A DNA stretch of 62,858 nt, filler included, from Actinobacteria bacterium UBA7524 (lineage in GTDB: Bacteria > Actinomycetota > Coriobacteriia > Anaerosomatales > UBA912): assembly GCA_002478275.1 (NCBI GenBank). It is 3 parts of 3 records of this genome, joined end to end, with 100 filler letters (N's around TTAATTAATTAA, not from the genome) between each part and the next. Parts side by side here need not be neighbours in the genome. Positions count along the whole stretch, not along the records: positions 17,428 to 39,657 come from DLMY01000055.1; 2 more parts are not named here. One strand, 5' to 3'. Numbering within the stretch: position 1 is the stretch's first letter; the number at the start of each line of letters is the position of its first letter. A program made the position numbers and the translations under genes. Below the pieces are notes generated by a model. That model worked only from the letters and a program-made list of their open reading frames with translations. It had not been told where the DNA came from and made no database searches. Below, one piece after another: positions 18,454 to 28,849 of this stretch.

Positions 18454-21400
18454 CTACTTCAGTATGTTGTCCACATCAGCGCGCACGGCGTCGGTGATAA
18501 CACTGGAACCGCCAACGTAGTGCCATGTCGTGATAGTCGCCGCGTTCGTCTGCAGCCTCGTGCGCGCATGGGCGCTGAGCGAAGAGCCGCGCGTCAGCAG
18601 CATCACCGTATCCAGCGACCCCAGCATCGCACCACCTGCGAGCGCATCGGGGAAGTCCGCCCCGGTCGCAAGTCCGACCCCGTCCCAGCTGAGTCCCTGC
18701 TCGATGCCGAAGTCGGCGACAAGCGCAGCGGTCTCGTAGCGGTCCCCACCGCCCTTGCGGTCCACGTTCACGTTGCCGAGGGTGCTCTTGAGCGAGGCCT
18801 CCGTCACACTCGTGACCGCACTCTGCCCTCCGAGGATCACGACCCTGCGGACTTGTGGCGGCTTGCTCGGCATACCGTCCGGCTTTACGAGCAGTATCGG
18901 CCAGACCTTCGCCGAGGAGATCGGTGACGCTCCGAGCGCGTCGGGGAAGTTCTCGCCTGTCACCACGAACGCGTCACCGCTGAAGTCGGGGCCCTTGAGC
19001 CTGATCACCTCGTCGGCCACCGCGCGGGCGGTCGCGTACCTGGTGTTGCCTGCAAGACGCACCACACGCCCGGCGCCAAGCGCGCCTTCGAGCTGTGTCT
19101 TCACGGCGGCCGAAACCGCTGCCTCACCGCCGAGGATGTAGGCCTTCGTCGCCTTGAGCCTCGATATCTCGGCCAGCACCGCGCTCGACACCGAGTTGGC
19201 ATCCACCAGAAGCAATGGTCCGTCCACCGCGCCCGCAAGTGCCGAGCCGCCCAGAGCGTCGGGCCAGTTGCGCCCGGTGGCGACCACGACCGTCGATGCT
19301 CCTCCGGGGAAGGCACGCTTGGAGGCCTCGACGCCCGTGGTGAAGCGGTTGCTGCCGGCCACGTCGGTGCGGCCAGCTGTGAGCACCTTGAATGTAGCGG
19401 TCCTTGGCGTCTCTGCGTTACCGGCACCATCGACCGACCAGTACGACAGCGTATGCTGCCCGGTAGCAGCCACGTTGACAGCGGTTCCAGTGTTCTGTGC
19501 ACCGCCATCGAGCGTCCAGCGCGTCTGCGCCACACCCGAAAGCCCATCGCTGGGAGTCAACGTGATCGATGCGGGGCCGTAGTAGGTTCCGCCTGCGTTG
19601 CTGGTCGTCACAGGCGCGGTCTTGTCGATGCGGACCGTCGCAGCGCTCATATCGGAGTAAAGACCCACGTTGTCGATCGCGCGATACGCGATGTCCGTCA
19701 CGCCCTCCGCGCTCACCGCGATGGGAACCGTGTACGTGACCTCGCCAGCTCCCACGTTGTAGAGGATCGCGTCGACACCCGAGTAGTCATCATCGGCGGT
19801 CAGGGTGACCGAGACGTTCGTCTTCGACCAGCCAGCCGGTGCGTTGTCATTTGCCGTAGGTCCGCTCTTGTCGATGCGGACGGTGACGGCCTGTGTCTCC
19901 TCGGCATTGCCGACAATGTCGATCGCGGAGAGCTCGATGTCCGTCTCGCCCTCGTCGGTGACCACGATCGGCTCGGTGTACGTCGCTACGACACTACCGC
20001 CAACGCTGTAGCGAATCCCCGCCACACCGCTGGCGTACTCGTCGGGCGCGGGTGTGTCGGTGGCCTCGATCGTGACTGTGACGTCAGTGCTGACCCACCC
20101 GGTAGGAACGCCGTATGGCGTGCTCACCGGCGCCTTCGTGTCCACCGGCACCAGCGAGCCGAGCCGGGCGACATAGACGTCGGAGATGTTGTTGTCGTCA
20201 TCGGGATGCAGGTTCGACGCGGCGGTGTCGAACGCAGCAAGCGAACCGTCCCCCGAAAGCGAGGGCCCGAAGCACGCTGCGTTGGCCTGCGGACCTCCCG
20301 GTGCGGTGCTGAGCAGTGCCGTCTCACCCGTCTGCAGGTCGTGTACGAACACGTGATAGTTCGAATGCATGTAACCATCCACGAGGTTCTGTGCCAGCGA
20401 GACGAACGCGACGTACCGGCCGTCGGCCGACAAAGCCGGGTAGTAGCTGTTCCCGCTGCCCGGAGTCCCGTCCGAGTGCTTGCTCACCAGAGTGACATCG
20501 CCGGTCACGAGGTCGCGGACGTAGACCTGGGTCTGCGCGCCTGCCACTCCACCCTCCAACACATTGCTCGCCTTGGAGCTGAATGCGAGCAGACGGCCAT
20601 CGTAGGAGAGCGCTCCGTGTTCCGATGTATCGTCCAGCTCCACGCCGCCCTCACCCAGACTGCCGCGAACCACATCGCCCGTCTGTAGGTCGTGCACGAA
20701 GACATCGGTCGCATCGTTTCCATCGCCCACCACCAAGTTGGTGGCGTACGAGGAGAACGACACATACCGCCCACCGCCGGAGATATGCGGCTCCCAAGAG
20801 TCGCTGTCGGCCTGGTCGTCCGTGCCTGAGACACTGACCCTGAAGGTCGTTCCCGTGTCGAGGTAGCGCACGAATATGTCCTCGCAGTCGTTGCTGTCCG
20901 AGGACACCAGATTCGTGGCGTTCGACTTGAACACCACGCGACGCCCGTCAGCCGAGATCCGCGGTGCATCCGAGTAGCTGTTACCTTCCTCCCCCACCGA
21001 GGAGACACTGACCCTCTCGGCGACACCGGTCTCGACGTCGGCCACGAACGCGTCGGTCGAATCGTTCTCGTCATCTGCGACCAGGTTGCTGGCGCCCGAA
21101 GCGAACGCCACCACCGAGCCGTCGCCCGAAAGCGCAGGGTCCCAGCAGTCTCCGTTGACCGGCGTGCCTTCCACGCCCCTGCTCGCAAGGCTCGTCCCTT
21201 CGCCGGCAAGACCCGTCACGAAGATCTCCGCGTGAGCACGGGCGTCCCCTGGTACCAGGTTAGTGGCTGATGAGTAGTACGCCACGGCTGAGCCGTCCAT
21301 GGCAATCGAAGACCCGGCCGAATAGCTATTGCCCATCGTCGTCCAGACGGCGCTTGAGATGATCGAGCCGGTGACGTCCTCGTCGATATCTCGCACGTAG

Positions 21401-22719
21401 ACATGGGCGGTCCAACCGTCTGTCTCCTCGCCCAGGTTCGTAGCGTCACTGTGGAACGCGACGATCTGTCCATCGCCGGATACGGTGGGCGAGTAGCAGG
21501 AAGCGTTCGCCTGGCCCCCACCGCTTGCCACGCTCACACGGCTCGTGATGCCGGAGACACGGTCCCGCACGAAGACGTCCCAGGAATTCGTGTCACCCGC
21601 GACCAGATTGTCCGCAAGGCTGCCGAAGACGACGTAGCGCCCGTCGGCGGACACGACCGCGTCCTGGCTGTCGATGTTTCCGACAACGCCGTCCGTCGAC
21701 TGGCTTATGAGCTCGGTAGACCCCGCAAGCAGGTCACGTAGGTAGATGTGCCGGGTACCATCAGTGCCCCCGGCCACCAGGTTCGTCGCGTCCGACTCGA
21801 ACACGACGTAGCGTCCATCATCCGAAATAGCGCACGGGCCACACGAGGAGTTCGGCTCACTGCCGTCGAATGCCAGACTCGCCCTGATGGTTGTGCCTGC
21901 CGTCAGGTCGCGGATGAAGATGTCGCCCTGCCCGTTCGTATCGCCAACTACAAGATTGTCGGCCGCGCTACCGAAAGCGATTCTGGAGCCATCTCCCGAG
22001 ATCGACGGCGACCAGCTGTCACCGTTCGCCTCGGCGCCCGCATCCGTCACGCTGGCACGCGTCGTCTCGCCACTCGCCAGGTCTCGCACGAAGATGTCGG
22101 ACTTGTTGTTCGCGTCACCGGGTACCAAGTTGCTCGACCACGAGTAGAAAGCCACCCGGTGGCCATCTTCGGAGATCCTGGCCGACCCGCTGTAGCCGTT
22201 GCCGACCATGCCTCCCGACGTCTGACTCACCAGTGTCGTCTCCGAACTGACGAAATCATGCACATAACAGTCGTACTGGGTGTTGGTGTCGTTCGAGGTG
22301 AAGCGGCCGTAGGACTGAAAGCTCACACGCTGCCCGTCTCCGGAGACACTGGGGTCGGACGACGCGTACGAGAGCTCATTCCCATCCGATTTCACGCTGG
22401 CCCGCCGAGTCGTGCCACTCTGGCGGTCGTACAAGAAGACATCTTGCTCGCCGTTCTTGTCCCCCCCGACGAGAACGCTCGCGAACGACCCGAATGCCAC
22501 CCATCGGCCGTCGGCTGAGATGTCCGGTGTCTGGCTGCCATTGTCGACGGGCATCTGAGCAAGGCTGCCTGTCGAGACGGGCCACAGGTCGGTGACGCCC
22601 CACTCGGCCGGAGCAGCATCCGCAGTCGATGGAACACCTCCCACCGGGACTACCGTCGCCACGGCAACCAGCACGCCTAAGGCAACCCGGAAGATGCGAT
22701 GCGTGACTGAGGGACTCAT
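18454..22719 (-). CDS. Cell-surface protein with TolB/PD40-like beta-propeller repeats, Ig-like domains and three CWB2 repeats
   Basis: Signal peptide; many SxDGRxVxFxSxAxNLV...D[IV]FVRD repeats; DKTAP-type Ig modules; NWPDALGG/DFPDALAG CWB2 motifs. Confidence 0.92.
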   Translation of the reverse strand: MSPSVTHRIFRVALGVLVAVATVVPVGGVPSTADAAPAEWGVTDLWPVSTGSLAQMPVDNGSQTPDISADGRWVAFGSFASVLVGGDKNGEQDVFLYDRQSGTTRRASVKSDGNELSYASSDPSVSGDGQRVSFQSYGRFTSNDTNTQYDCYVHDFVSSETTLVSQTSGGMVGNGYSGSARISEDGHRVAFYSWSSNLVPGDANNKSDIFVRDLASGETTRASVTDAGAEANGDSWSPSISGDGSRIAFGSAADNLVVGDTNGQGDIFIRDLTAGTTIRASLAFDGSEPNSSCGPCAISDDGRYVVFESDATNLVAGGTDGTRHIYLRDLLAGSTELISQSTDGVVGNIDSQDAVVSADGRYVVFGSLADNLVAGDTNSWDVFVRDRVSGITSRVSVASGGGQANASCYSPTVSGDGQIVAFHSDATNLGEETDGWTAHVYVRDIDEDVTGSIISSAVWTTMGNSYSAGSSIAMDGSAVAYYSSATNLVPGDARAHAEIFVTGLAGEGTSLASRGVEGTPVNGDCWDPALSGDGSVVAFASGASNLVADDENDSTDAFVADVETGVAERVSVSSVGEEGNSYSDAPRISADGRRVVFKSNATNLVSSDSNDCEDIFVRYLDTGTTFRVSVSGTDDQADSDSWEPHISGGGRYVSFSSYATNLVVGDGNDATDVFVHDLQTGDVVRGSLGEGGVELDDTSEHGALSYDGRLLAFSSKASNVLEGGVAGAQTQVYVRDLVTGDVTLVSKHSDGTPGSGNSYYPALSADGRYVAFVSLAQNLVDGYMHSNYHVFVHDLQTGETALLSTAPGGPQANAACFGPSLSGDGSLAAFDTAASNLHPDDDNNISDVYVARLGSLVPVDTKAPVSTPYGVPTGWVSTDVTVTIEATDTPAPDEYASGVAGIRYSVGGSVVATYTEPIVVTDEGETDIELSAIDIVGNAEETQAVTVRIDKSGPTANDNAPAGWSKTNVSVTLTADDDYSGVDAILYNVGAGEVTYTVPIAVSAEGVTDIAYRAIDNVGLYSDMSAATVRIDKTAPVTTSNAGGTYYGPASITLTPSDGLSGVAQTRWTLDGGAQNTGTAVNVAATGQHTLSYWSVDGAGNAETPRTATFKVLTAGRTDVAGSNRFTTGVEASKRAFPGGASTVVVATGRNWPDALGGSALAGAVDGPLLLVDANSVSSAVLAEISRLKATKAYILGGEAAVSAAVKTQLEGALGAGRVVRLAGNTRYATARAVADEVIRLKGPDFSGDAFVVTGENFPDALGASPISSAKVWPILLVKPDGMPSKPPQVRRVVILGGQSAVTSVTEASLKSTLGNVNVDRKGGGDRYETAALVADFGIEQGLSWDGVGLATGADFPDALAGGAMLGSLDTVMLLTRGSSLSAHARTRLQTNAATITTWHYVGGSSVITDAVRADVDNILK

Positions 22720-22877
22720 GGGGCCTCCCATTCCTGACTTCGCGAGCAGCGGACCCCGGCCCGCGCTTCACTCCACAAGCGACTCCAACATCATCGGGGC
22801 AACCACCGTACCCGGTCAACGCCAGTCACCGGAGACAACGAGTGCCCGCACTACGACATCAAGACCCACCCCAGGCA

Positions 22878-23279
22878 CTACACCAGGTGCACCTCAGGAT
22901 ACGCCCCGTGCGCCCTGGCGTCCCCGCTCGCCAGCGTCCCGCCGAGCAGCGAGGCACACGCGGGCGCCAACGCATCGTAGAACGAACAGCCGAGGAACCC
23001 ACACTGCCTCGCCGCCTCCTCGACGACTTCGTCGTCCAGCGGCACGATAGCGATGCCGGACGCCTGGATATGCTGCCAGGCAGGCACGATGTCGGAGGTG
23101 GTGTAGTGGCGCCGGACGACGGAAAGCACCTCATGCACGAAGTGTGTCGGCGCCGCCAAAGATATCTCGCCTGCCGCGGCACGCGCCACGAGGTCCAACG
23201 CGACCTCGCGTCCCGATTCGGGCTTGAACCATTTGACCCCGACTGAGGCGTCGAGGACGAATACCTCACGGCCGCTCAC
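22878..23279 (-). CDS. PIN-domain (VapC-family) toxin
   Basis: VLDASVGVKWF...E...SFYDA...LASGD acidic PIN pattern; overlaps the antitoxin stop by 4 nt. Confidence 0.88.
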   Translation of the reverse strand: MSGREVFVLDASVGVKWFKPESGREVALDLVARAAAGEISLAAPTHFVHEVLSVVRRHYTTSDIVPAWQHIQASGIAIVPLDDEVVEEAARQCGFLGCSFYDALAPACASLLGGTLASGDARAHGAYPEVHLV

Positions 23280-23584
23280 GGGCGGCCCTTGCGGATATCG
23301 CGCATCGGGGCGCTGTCATCGGTCTCACGCACCTCGCGCAGTATCTCAAGGCCCGGACGATCGTCGCGGATCTCGCGTCCTACGTGGAAGTCGCGCATCC
23401 CCTCGAGCGCCTTGAGCATCCGCGCGCGCCGGGCATCGTCTATGCGCTGTTCCGGCGTCCTGCCCAGGTACGTCGCAAGCGACTCCTGCACGAGTTCGCT
23501 GCGAGCGACGCCGAGCTCGGAAGCCTCGGCGTCGAGCCTGGCCAGCAGTTCATCGGGAAGTGAGATGGTGACCTTGGCGGTCAT
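23276..23584 (-). CDS. Ribbon-helix-helix (CopG-like) antitoxin
   Basis: KVTISLPDELLARLDAEA...RSELVQESL; AGAGGAG RBS. Confidence 0.85.
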   Translation of the reverse strand: MTAKVTISLPDELLARLDAEASELGVARSELVQESLATYLGRTPEQRIDDARRARMLKALEGMRDFHVGREIRDDRPGLEILREVRETDDSAPMRDIRKGRP

Positions 23585-23601
23585 GGCTGTCGCTCCTCTG
23601 A

Positions 23602-23632
23602 GTCATACCTGCGTTCATACCACCAGTATGAC
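23602..23632. promoter_or_regulatory. Putative operator of the vapBC module (TCATAC boxes)
   Basis: GTCATAC (23602), TCATAC (23615) and inverted GTATGAC (23626-23632) just upstream of the antitoxin RBS. Confidence 0.55.
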
Positions 23633-23661
23633 CCGCACAAGAACCGCCGTCAATCAGTCCG

Positions 23662-24024
23662 CTATTCGGGTGCCGAGTCCTCGGCGTGTCCGGACGCGGG
23701 CTCCGCTTCGGGCGCATGCCCCGGCACGGATCCCGGTGCCGGAAACGCCACCCTCAGCAGATACATCACCTGCTGGGCGAGGACCAGCGGCGCCGCGAGC
23801 ACCGTCACGCCTGCGCCGATCCCGAACTGCGCCAGCACGAAGAGCACGAAGTACGCCCCCTGAGGCACGGCGTAGAACCACCAGGGTTCGGCAAGCCGAG
23901 CGAACGATCCGCCGCCCCGGCGCCTCGCTGCATCGACCGTGACCCAGAGCGCGACGACACCTGTGACCCACAAAGTCACGAAGGCGAACCAGAAGACCGG
24001 CCCCCCGAGCGAACCGCCGTGCAC
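23662..24024 (-). CDS. Hypothetical membrane protein
   Basis: Three hydrophobic segments; start abuts the purQ stop. Confidence 0.6.
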   Translation of the reverse strand: MHGGSLGGPVFWFAFVTLWVTGVVALWVTVDAARRRGGGSFARLAEPWWFYAVPQGAYFVLFVLAQFGIGAGVTVLAAPLVLAQQVMYLLRVAFPAPGSVPGHAPEAEPASGHAEDSAPE

Positions 24025-24722
24025 TACCCGGCCACCTCAGCGGCGTACGAGACTATCGAGGTGAAGAACACCGTCCCGTCGGTCCCTCCGGTCGCCGGGT
24101 CGACCACGCGCTCCGGATGAGGCATGAGCCCGAACACGTTGCCGCGCTCGTTGCAGATGCCGGCGATATCGTCGAGCGCTCCGTTCGGCGCGCTGCCTCC
24201 CTCGTCGCGCGAGCCGTCCGGCTCGCAATAGCGAAGCACGACCTGGCCGCCTTCGCGGATGCGCTCCAGCGTCTTCTCATCGCACACGAAGTTGCCCTCG
24301 TTATGGTTGACGGGGATGCGCAAGACCGTACCGGGCGCGACATCGAGCCACTGGCAGACGCTCTCCTCGGCACGCAAAGGCACCTCGCGGCAGACGAACT
24401 TCAATCCTGAGTTGCGCAGGAGCGCGCCGGGTAGCAGGTGCGCCTCGGTGAGTATCTGGAAACCGTTACAGATGCCGATCACGGGACCGCCGCGTTCCGC
24501 ATAGCGCACGACCTCGCCCATGACCGGGCTGAAACGCGCAACCGCTCCGCAGCGGATGTAGTCACCGTACGAGAAACCGCCGGGCAGCACGATCGCGTCG
24601 AAGCCGGACAGGTCCGTGTCGCCGTGCCAGATGTAGTCCGCCTCGAAGCCGAGGTGATGCGCGGCGTGAACGACGTCTTGCTCGCAGTTCGATCCCGGGA
24701 ATACGACGACCCCGAAGCGCAT
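24024..24722 (-). CDS. purQ: FGAM synthase glutaminase subunit PurQ
   Basis: FPGSNC, PGGFSYGDY, GICNGFQ, GLMPHPER. Confidence 0.96.
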   Translation of the reverse strand: MRFGVVVFPGSNCEQDVVHAAHHLGFEADYIWHGDTDLSGFDAIVLPGGFSYGDYIRCGAVARFSPVMGEVVRYAERGGPVIGICNGFQILTEAHLLPGALLRNSGLKFVCREVPLRAEESVCQWLDVAPGTVLRIPVNHNEGNFVCDEKTLERIREGGQVVLRYCEPDGSRDEGGSAPNGALDDIAGICNERGNVFGLMPHPERVVDPATGGTDGTVFFTSIVSYAAEVAG

Positions 24723-24727
24723 GCGCC

Positions 24728-24961
24728 TCACGCCTCCCCTGCGATCTCGATGCGGTAGTCCTCGATGACGGGGTTGGCCAGCAGCTTCTCGCACATCTCG
24801 CGCACCGCGGCCTCACCGGCGTCGCTCTCGACCTGGATGTACTTGCCGATCTTGACCTCCTCGACCGAGTAGCCGAGGTTGTCGAGCGCGCGCTTGGCGG
24901 TGGCTCCGGGCGGGTCGAAGATCCCCTTCTTGTACGTCACGAATATCTCGTAGCGCGCCAT
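24728..24961 (-). CDS. purS: FGAM synthase subunit PurS
   Basis: DPPG, KIGKYI, MCEKLLANPVIEDY. Confidence 0.95.
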   Translation of the reverse strand: MARYEIFVTYKKGIFDPPGATAKRALDNLGYSVEEVKIGKYIQVESDAGEAAVREMCEKLLANPVIEDYRIEIAGEA

Positions 24962-24963
24962 GC

Positions 24964-25416
24964 TCACCCCTTGTCCTTTCCGCCGGACTGCTTGTCACCG
25001 GACGCCTTGGCAGCGCCCCCGGACTTCTTGTCACCGGACCGCTCTGCCAGCCACGCTTTGCGCATGGGTCGGATCTTGGCGAAGTCGATGTAGAACGCCG
25101 CGAACAGACACAGATACGACGCGGCCAGGATCGCGGTCCCCAGCACCCCTTCCGCCTTGAGCAGGAACGCCGCAAGCGCGAAGGCCATGGCCACCATGAG
25201 CAGGCCGAACCATATCCTGCGCAACTGCTTGAACTCGGGCGTGTCGGGATTGAACGGCACGGCCGTCTTCGTGCCGCCCTTGCCCTTCTTCCCACCTGCC
25301 GAGGAACCCGCCTCGCCCCTGCCGCGCTTCGGCTTGGCGCTCGCGGCGCTGCGCCTGGTGCTGCCGAGTTGCGCGCTCTTCTGGTAGCGAGGGTTGTTCG
25401 GGCTGCGACGGGCCAT
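24964..25416 (-). CDS. Hypothetical membrane protein with basic N-terminus and two TM helices
   Basis: Lys-rich N-terminus and two hydrophobic helices; tightly packed between purC and purS. Confidence 0.75.
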   Translation of the reverse strand: MARRSPNNPRYQKSAQLGSTRRSAASAKPKRGRGEAGSSAGGKKGKGGTKTAVPFNPDTPEFKQLRRIWFGLLMVAMAFALAAFLLKAEGVLGTAILAASYLCLFAAFYIDFAKIRPMRKAWLAERSGDKKSGGAAKASGDKQSGGKDKG

Positions 25417-25422
25417 ATGGCG

Positions 25423-26310
25423 TCACGCGCCCCCTTCCGGTTCGAACGTGCGGCCCGTGATGAGCTCGTATGCCTGGATGTAGCGTTCGCTCGTGCCGCG
25501 CACGATGTCTTCAGGCAACGCAGGTGGCGGGGGCGACTTGTCCCACCCGGTCGACTCGAGCCAGTCTCGCACGTACTGCTTGTCGAAGCTCGCCTGGCCG
25601 CGGCCTGGCTCGTACTCATCGGCAGGCCAGAACCGGCTCGAATCCGGGGTGAGCACCTCGTCGATCAGCGTCACGCGCCCGTCTACGAGGCCGAACTCGA
25701 ACTTGGTGTCGGCGATGATCACGCCGCGCGACGCGGCGTGCTCACGCGCTCGCGAGTAGACCTCCACAGCGATGCGGCGGAGTTCCTCGGCGTGTTCGAG
25801 GCCGATGATGTCGACCATGCGCGCGAAATCGATGTTCTCGTCATGATCGCCGATCTCGGCTTTGGTGCTGGGCGTGAAGATCGGCGAGTCGAGCTTCGAG
25901 GATTCGACCAGACCGCCGGGCAGCTCGATGCCGCAGACCGTACCCTGCTTGCGGTACTCGTTCCAGCCGGATCCCGCGAGGTAGCCGCGCACGATGCACT
26001 CGACGGGGAAGACGTCGGCTTTGCGCACGAGCATGAAACGCCCACGCAGGTACTCCGCGTGCGGCGCGAACTGCTCGGGCAGATCGGCGACGTCAGCGGA
26101 GATGAAGTGGTTGTCGACGACGTCGGAAAGCAGGTCGAACCAGAACAGCGAAAGCTTCGTGAGCACCTCTCCCTTGTAGGGGATCGGGTCGGGAAGCACC
26201 ACGTCGAAGGCACTGATTCGGTCGCTAGCGACCAGCAGAAGCTTGTCACCGAGATCGTAGAGGTCGCGGACTTTTCCCTGGGAGTCCGGACGAAGGCCCT
26301 GCGGCTGCAT
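25423..26310 (-). CDS. purC: SAICAR synthetase
   Basis: GKVRDLY, SDRISAFD, ECIVRGYLAGSG, DTKFEFG, DEVLTPDSSRFW, DKQYVRDWL. Confidence 0.97.
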   Translation of the reverse strand: MQPQGLRPDSQGKVRDLYDLGDKLLLVASDRISAFDVVLPDPIPYKGEVLTKLSLFWFDLLSDVVDNHFISADVADLPEQFAPHAEYLRGRFMLVRKADVFPVECIVRGYLAGSGWNEYRKQGTVCGIELPGGLVESSKLDSPIFTPSTKAEIGDHDENIDFARMVDIIGLEHAEELRRIAVEVYSRAREHAASRGVIIADTKFEFGLVDGRVTLIDEVLTPDSSRFWPADEYEPGRGQASFDKQYVRDWLESTGWDKSPPPPALPEDIVRGTSERYIQAYELITGRTFEPEGGA

Positions 26311-26485
26311 GGCAGTCGCTCCTTTCGGGTCTTGTCGCTGCGGTCGTGTCGAAGCGCGTGCCACGGCAACGTGCGATCGCATCCCACGGGCGCGAATGAA
26401 CCGCCGACACTACCGATGACACGCCGCCATTGTAGGCGATATCTCCGGTTGATGCGTCCCGGGAATTCCGCGCCACGGCCTACGC

Positions 26486-27436
26486 TCAGCCCATATACAG
26501 GTACGCGGTGTACGCTACGTAGAGCACGATGCCTACGACACCGGACCGTCTGCCTATCCGGCCCGTCTTGACCAGGAACGGCAGGACCAGCAGCGTCGCT
26601 GCGAGCATCACCCACATGTCGAGCTGCACGATCTGCGGGTCGATCGGGATCCGTTTCACCATCGCTGTGACCCCGAGGATTCCGAGCAGGTTGAATATAT
26701 TGCTTCCCACCACGTTGCCGACGGCCACGTCGGAGTGCCCACGCGCCGCCGCCACCAGCGAAGTCGCGAGTTCCGGTAAAGAAGTGCCGAACGCCACGAT
26801 CGTCAGACCGACCACCGCCTCGGGCACACCGAAGCTCGCCGCCAACTGCGAAGCGCCGTCGACCAGCCAGCGAGAACCCAGCACCAACGCTCCAAGACCC
26901 GCGACCAGGTAGATCGCGCCGCGCAGCGGCTGCTGAGGGGTCGAGTCGAACTCATGCCCCTCGTGCTCGTGCAATTCGGCGACCGGGGAGACACCGGATA
27001 CCTCACTGCGGTAAGAGAAGACCAGGAACATCAGGAGGGCCAGCAACAGGACTGTGCCGCGCGTCAAACCTATCGAACCGGTGAATGCGAAGGCGATGAC
27101 CAACACCGTAGCGCCCAGCATCACCAGCGAATCGCGCCGCAGTTCCGCAGGCTTGAAGACGATGGGTGCTACCAGAGCCGAAGCTCCGAGAATAAGCAGC
27201 AGGTTCGCGATGTTGCTGCCCACGACATTGCCGACGGCGATGGCGCTTCGCCCGTCGAGCGCCGCCGCGATACTGACCACAAGCTCAGGAGCAGAGGTGC
27301 AGAACGCCACGATCGTCATGCCGATGAGTAACGGCGAGAGCCCGAACCGCCGCGCGACTATCACCGCACCGCGCACCAGCATCTCGCCGCCCCCGAACAA
27401 CAGGGCGAACCCGCCAAGCGCCAGGAGGTAGGTCAT
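26486..27436 (-). CDS. Calcium/sodium antiporter (YrbG/CaCA family)
   Basis: Two alpha repeats: TSAPELVVS...GNVVGSNIAN and GTSLPELATS...GNVVGSNIFN; ATG 27436 overlaps the kinase stop. Confidence 0.93.
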   Translation of the reverse strand: MTYLLALGGFALLFGGGEMLVRGAVIVARRFGLSPLLIGMTIVAFCTSAPELVVSIAAALDGRSAIAVGNVVGSNIANLLLILGASALVAPIVFKPAELRRDSLVMLGATVLVIAFAFTGSIGLTRGTVLLLALLMFLVFSYRSEVSGVSPVAELHEHEGHEFDSTPQQPLRGAIYLVAGLGALVLGSRWLVDGASQLAASFGVPEAVVGLTIVAFGTSLPELATSLVAAARGHSDVAVGNVVGSNIFNLLGILGVTAMVKRIPIDPQIVQLDMWVMLAATLLVLPFLVKTGRIGRRSGVVGIVLYVAYTAYLYMG

Positions 27437-28845
27437 GTCTTGCGCGGAAGCCGTATCGTGAACACCGTACCTCCGCCCTCCCGTCGTGTCGCTGCCGCCG
27501 TCCCGCCGTGACGTTCCACTATCTCGCGTACCACCGCAAGGCCGATGCCCAGACCGCCCGTCGAACGGTCCCGGGCCCCGTCGGCCCGCCAGAAGCGAGA
27601 GAAGACCCGCTCCAGGTCCTCCTCGGCGATCCCGATACCGGTATCCGCGATCTCGATCAACGCCCGATCGCCCTCGGTGCGTACGACCACTGAGACCGTC
27701 CCGCCTGACGGAGTATACCGTGCCGCGTTTGAGAGCAGGTTGCCTACCGCCTGGGTAAGCCGGTCGCGGTCCGCGCGTACGACCGCACCTCGCTCGATCC
27801 GCTCGTCCCACGCAAGGCCGGCCGCGTCCAGCAGCGCCCGGTGCGCCTCGACCGCCGCCAGCACGGGCTCGCTGATGTCGACGTCCTCGAAGTGCAGCTG
27901 GACGCTGCCGCGTTCGAGGCGTGTGAGCTCCAGGATGCCGTCGGCGAGACGCGAAAGACGGACCGTCTCGTCGCGCACGATCTGCAGGTGCTCGGCGTCG
28001 GCAGGGTAGACGCCGTCCTGCATCGCCTCGACGGTCGCCTGTATCGCCTGGAGCGGGGTGCGCAGCTCGTGCGCAACATCGGCGGTCAGGCGGCGTTCGA
28101 CCGCCCGGTCCACCTCGATGGCGTCGGCCATCTCGTCGAGCGTGCGGCCCAAGACCCCGATCGTGTCGTCGCCCGTGAAACCGGTTCGCGCACCCCTGTC
28201 GCCCGCGCGCAGCGCTTCGGCCGTCTCGGTGATACGGTCGATGGGGCGCACGAAGATCGTCGAGTACGCGAGTCCCGCCAAAGACGCCGCAGCCACCGCT
28301 ATCAGTGCCGCGGCTGTCAGGCCCAGGAAGCTCGAGCGCCTGAAGCGCACGTCGTTGTCGGTGAGCAGTCCCTGCGGCGAGAGCGGCCACACTCTCACAT
28401 ACCCCACGATCACGCCGTCCGGCGCGATAGGCGCGACCATCACAGGGCCCTCGGGCTCGAACGCCCCCATCGGAGGCCCGGTGATGTGGTCGGTCGCTCC
28501 GACCGCGAACGAATCGTCGTAGATGATGCGACCGTCAAGGTCCATCACCTGTAGTGCCAACCCTGACAGTATCCCGAAGCGCGGCAGTTGCGAGAACGCC
28601 TGCATCGTCCATCCGTCGCTTGCCTCGTAGCTGCTCGCAAGCAACTGCGCCGCACCGTCCGCGGTATCTTGCAGCCCCTCACGCACGTAGGCGTCGAACT
28701 GCTGCGCCCAGACGAGCGCGAGGATGATCGCGGCGAGCACCATCGTAAGAGCGGCGACCATGGCGAACGCGACCGAGAAGCGGCGGCTCAGCGTCGCAGG
28801 CGCCCGGTGCCCGGCCCGGGTGGCCCTGAAGGGGAGCCGCAGCAT
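27433..28845 (-). CDS. Sensor histidine kinase (HAMP-HisKA-HATPase, BaeS-like)
   Basis: Two TMs, HAMP, HELRTPL, NLLSNA, DTGIG, GGLGIGL. Confidence 0.93.
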   Translation of the reverse strand: MLRLPFRATRAGHRAPATLSRRFSVAFAMVAALTMVLAAIILALVWAQQFDAYVREGLQDTADGAAQLLASSYEASDGWTMQAFSQLPRFGILSGLALQVMDLDGRIIYDDSFAVGATDHITGPPMGAFEPEGPVMVAPIAPDGVIVGYVRVWPLSPQGLLTDNDVRFRRSSFLGLTAAALIAVAAASLAGLAYSTIFVRPIDRITETAEALRAGDRGARTGFTGDDTIGVLGRTLDEMADAIEVDRAVERRLTADVAHELRTPLQAIQATVEAMQDGVYPADAEHLQIVRDETVRLSRLADGILELTRLERGSVQLHFEDVDISEPVLAAVEAHRALLDAAGLAWDERIERGAVVRADRDRLTQAVGNLLSNAARYTPSGGTVSVVVRTEGDRALIEIADTGIGIAEEDLERVFSRFWRADGARDRSTGGLGIGLAVVREIVERHGGTAAATRREGGGTVFTIRLPRKT

Positions 28846-28849
28846 AGGT

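Noticed and set aside
26311..26440. Long leader upstream of purC as a ZTP or PRPP riboswitch
   Set aside because: I could not find the conserved sequence elements of either class by eye; an Rfam/Infernal scan would settle it.
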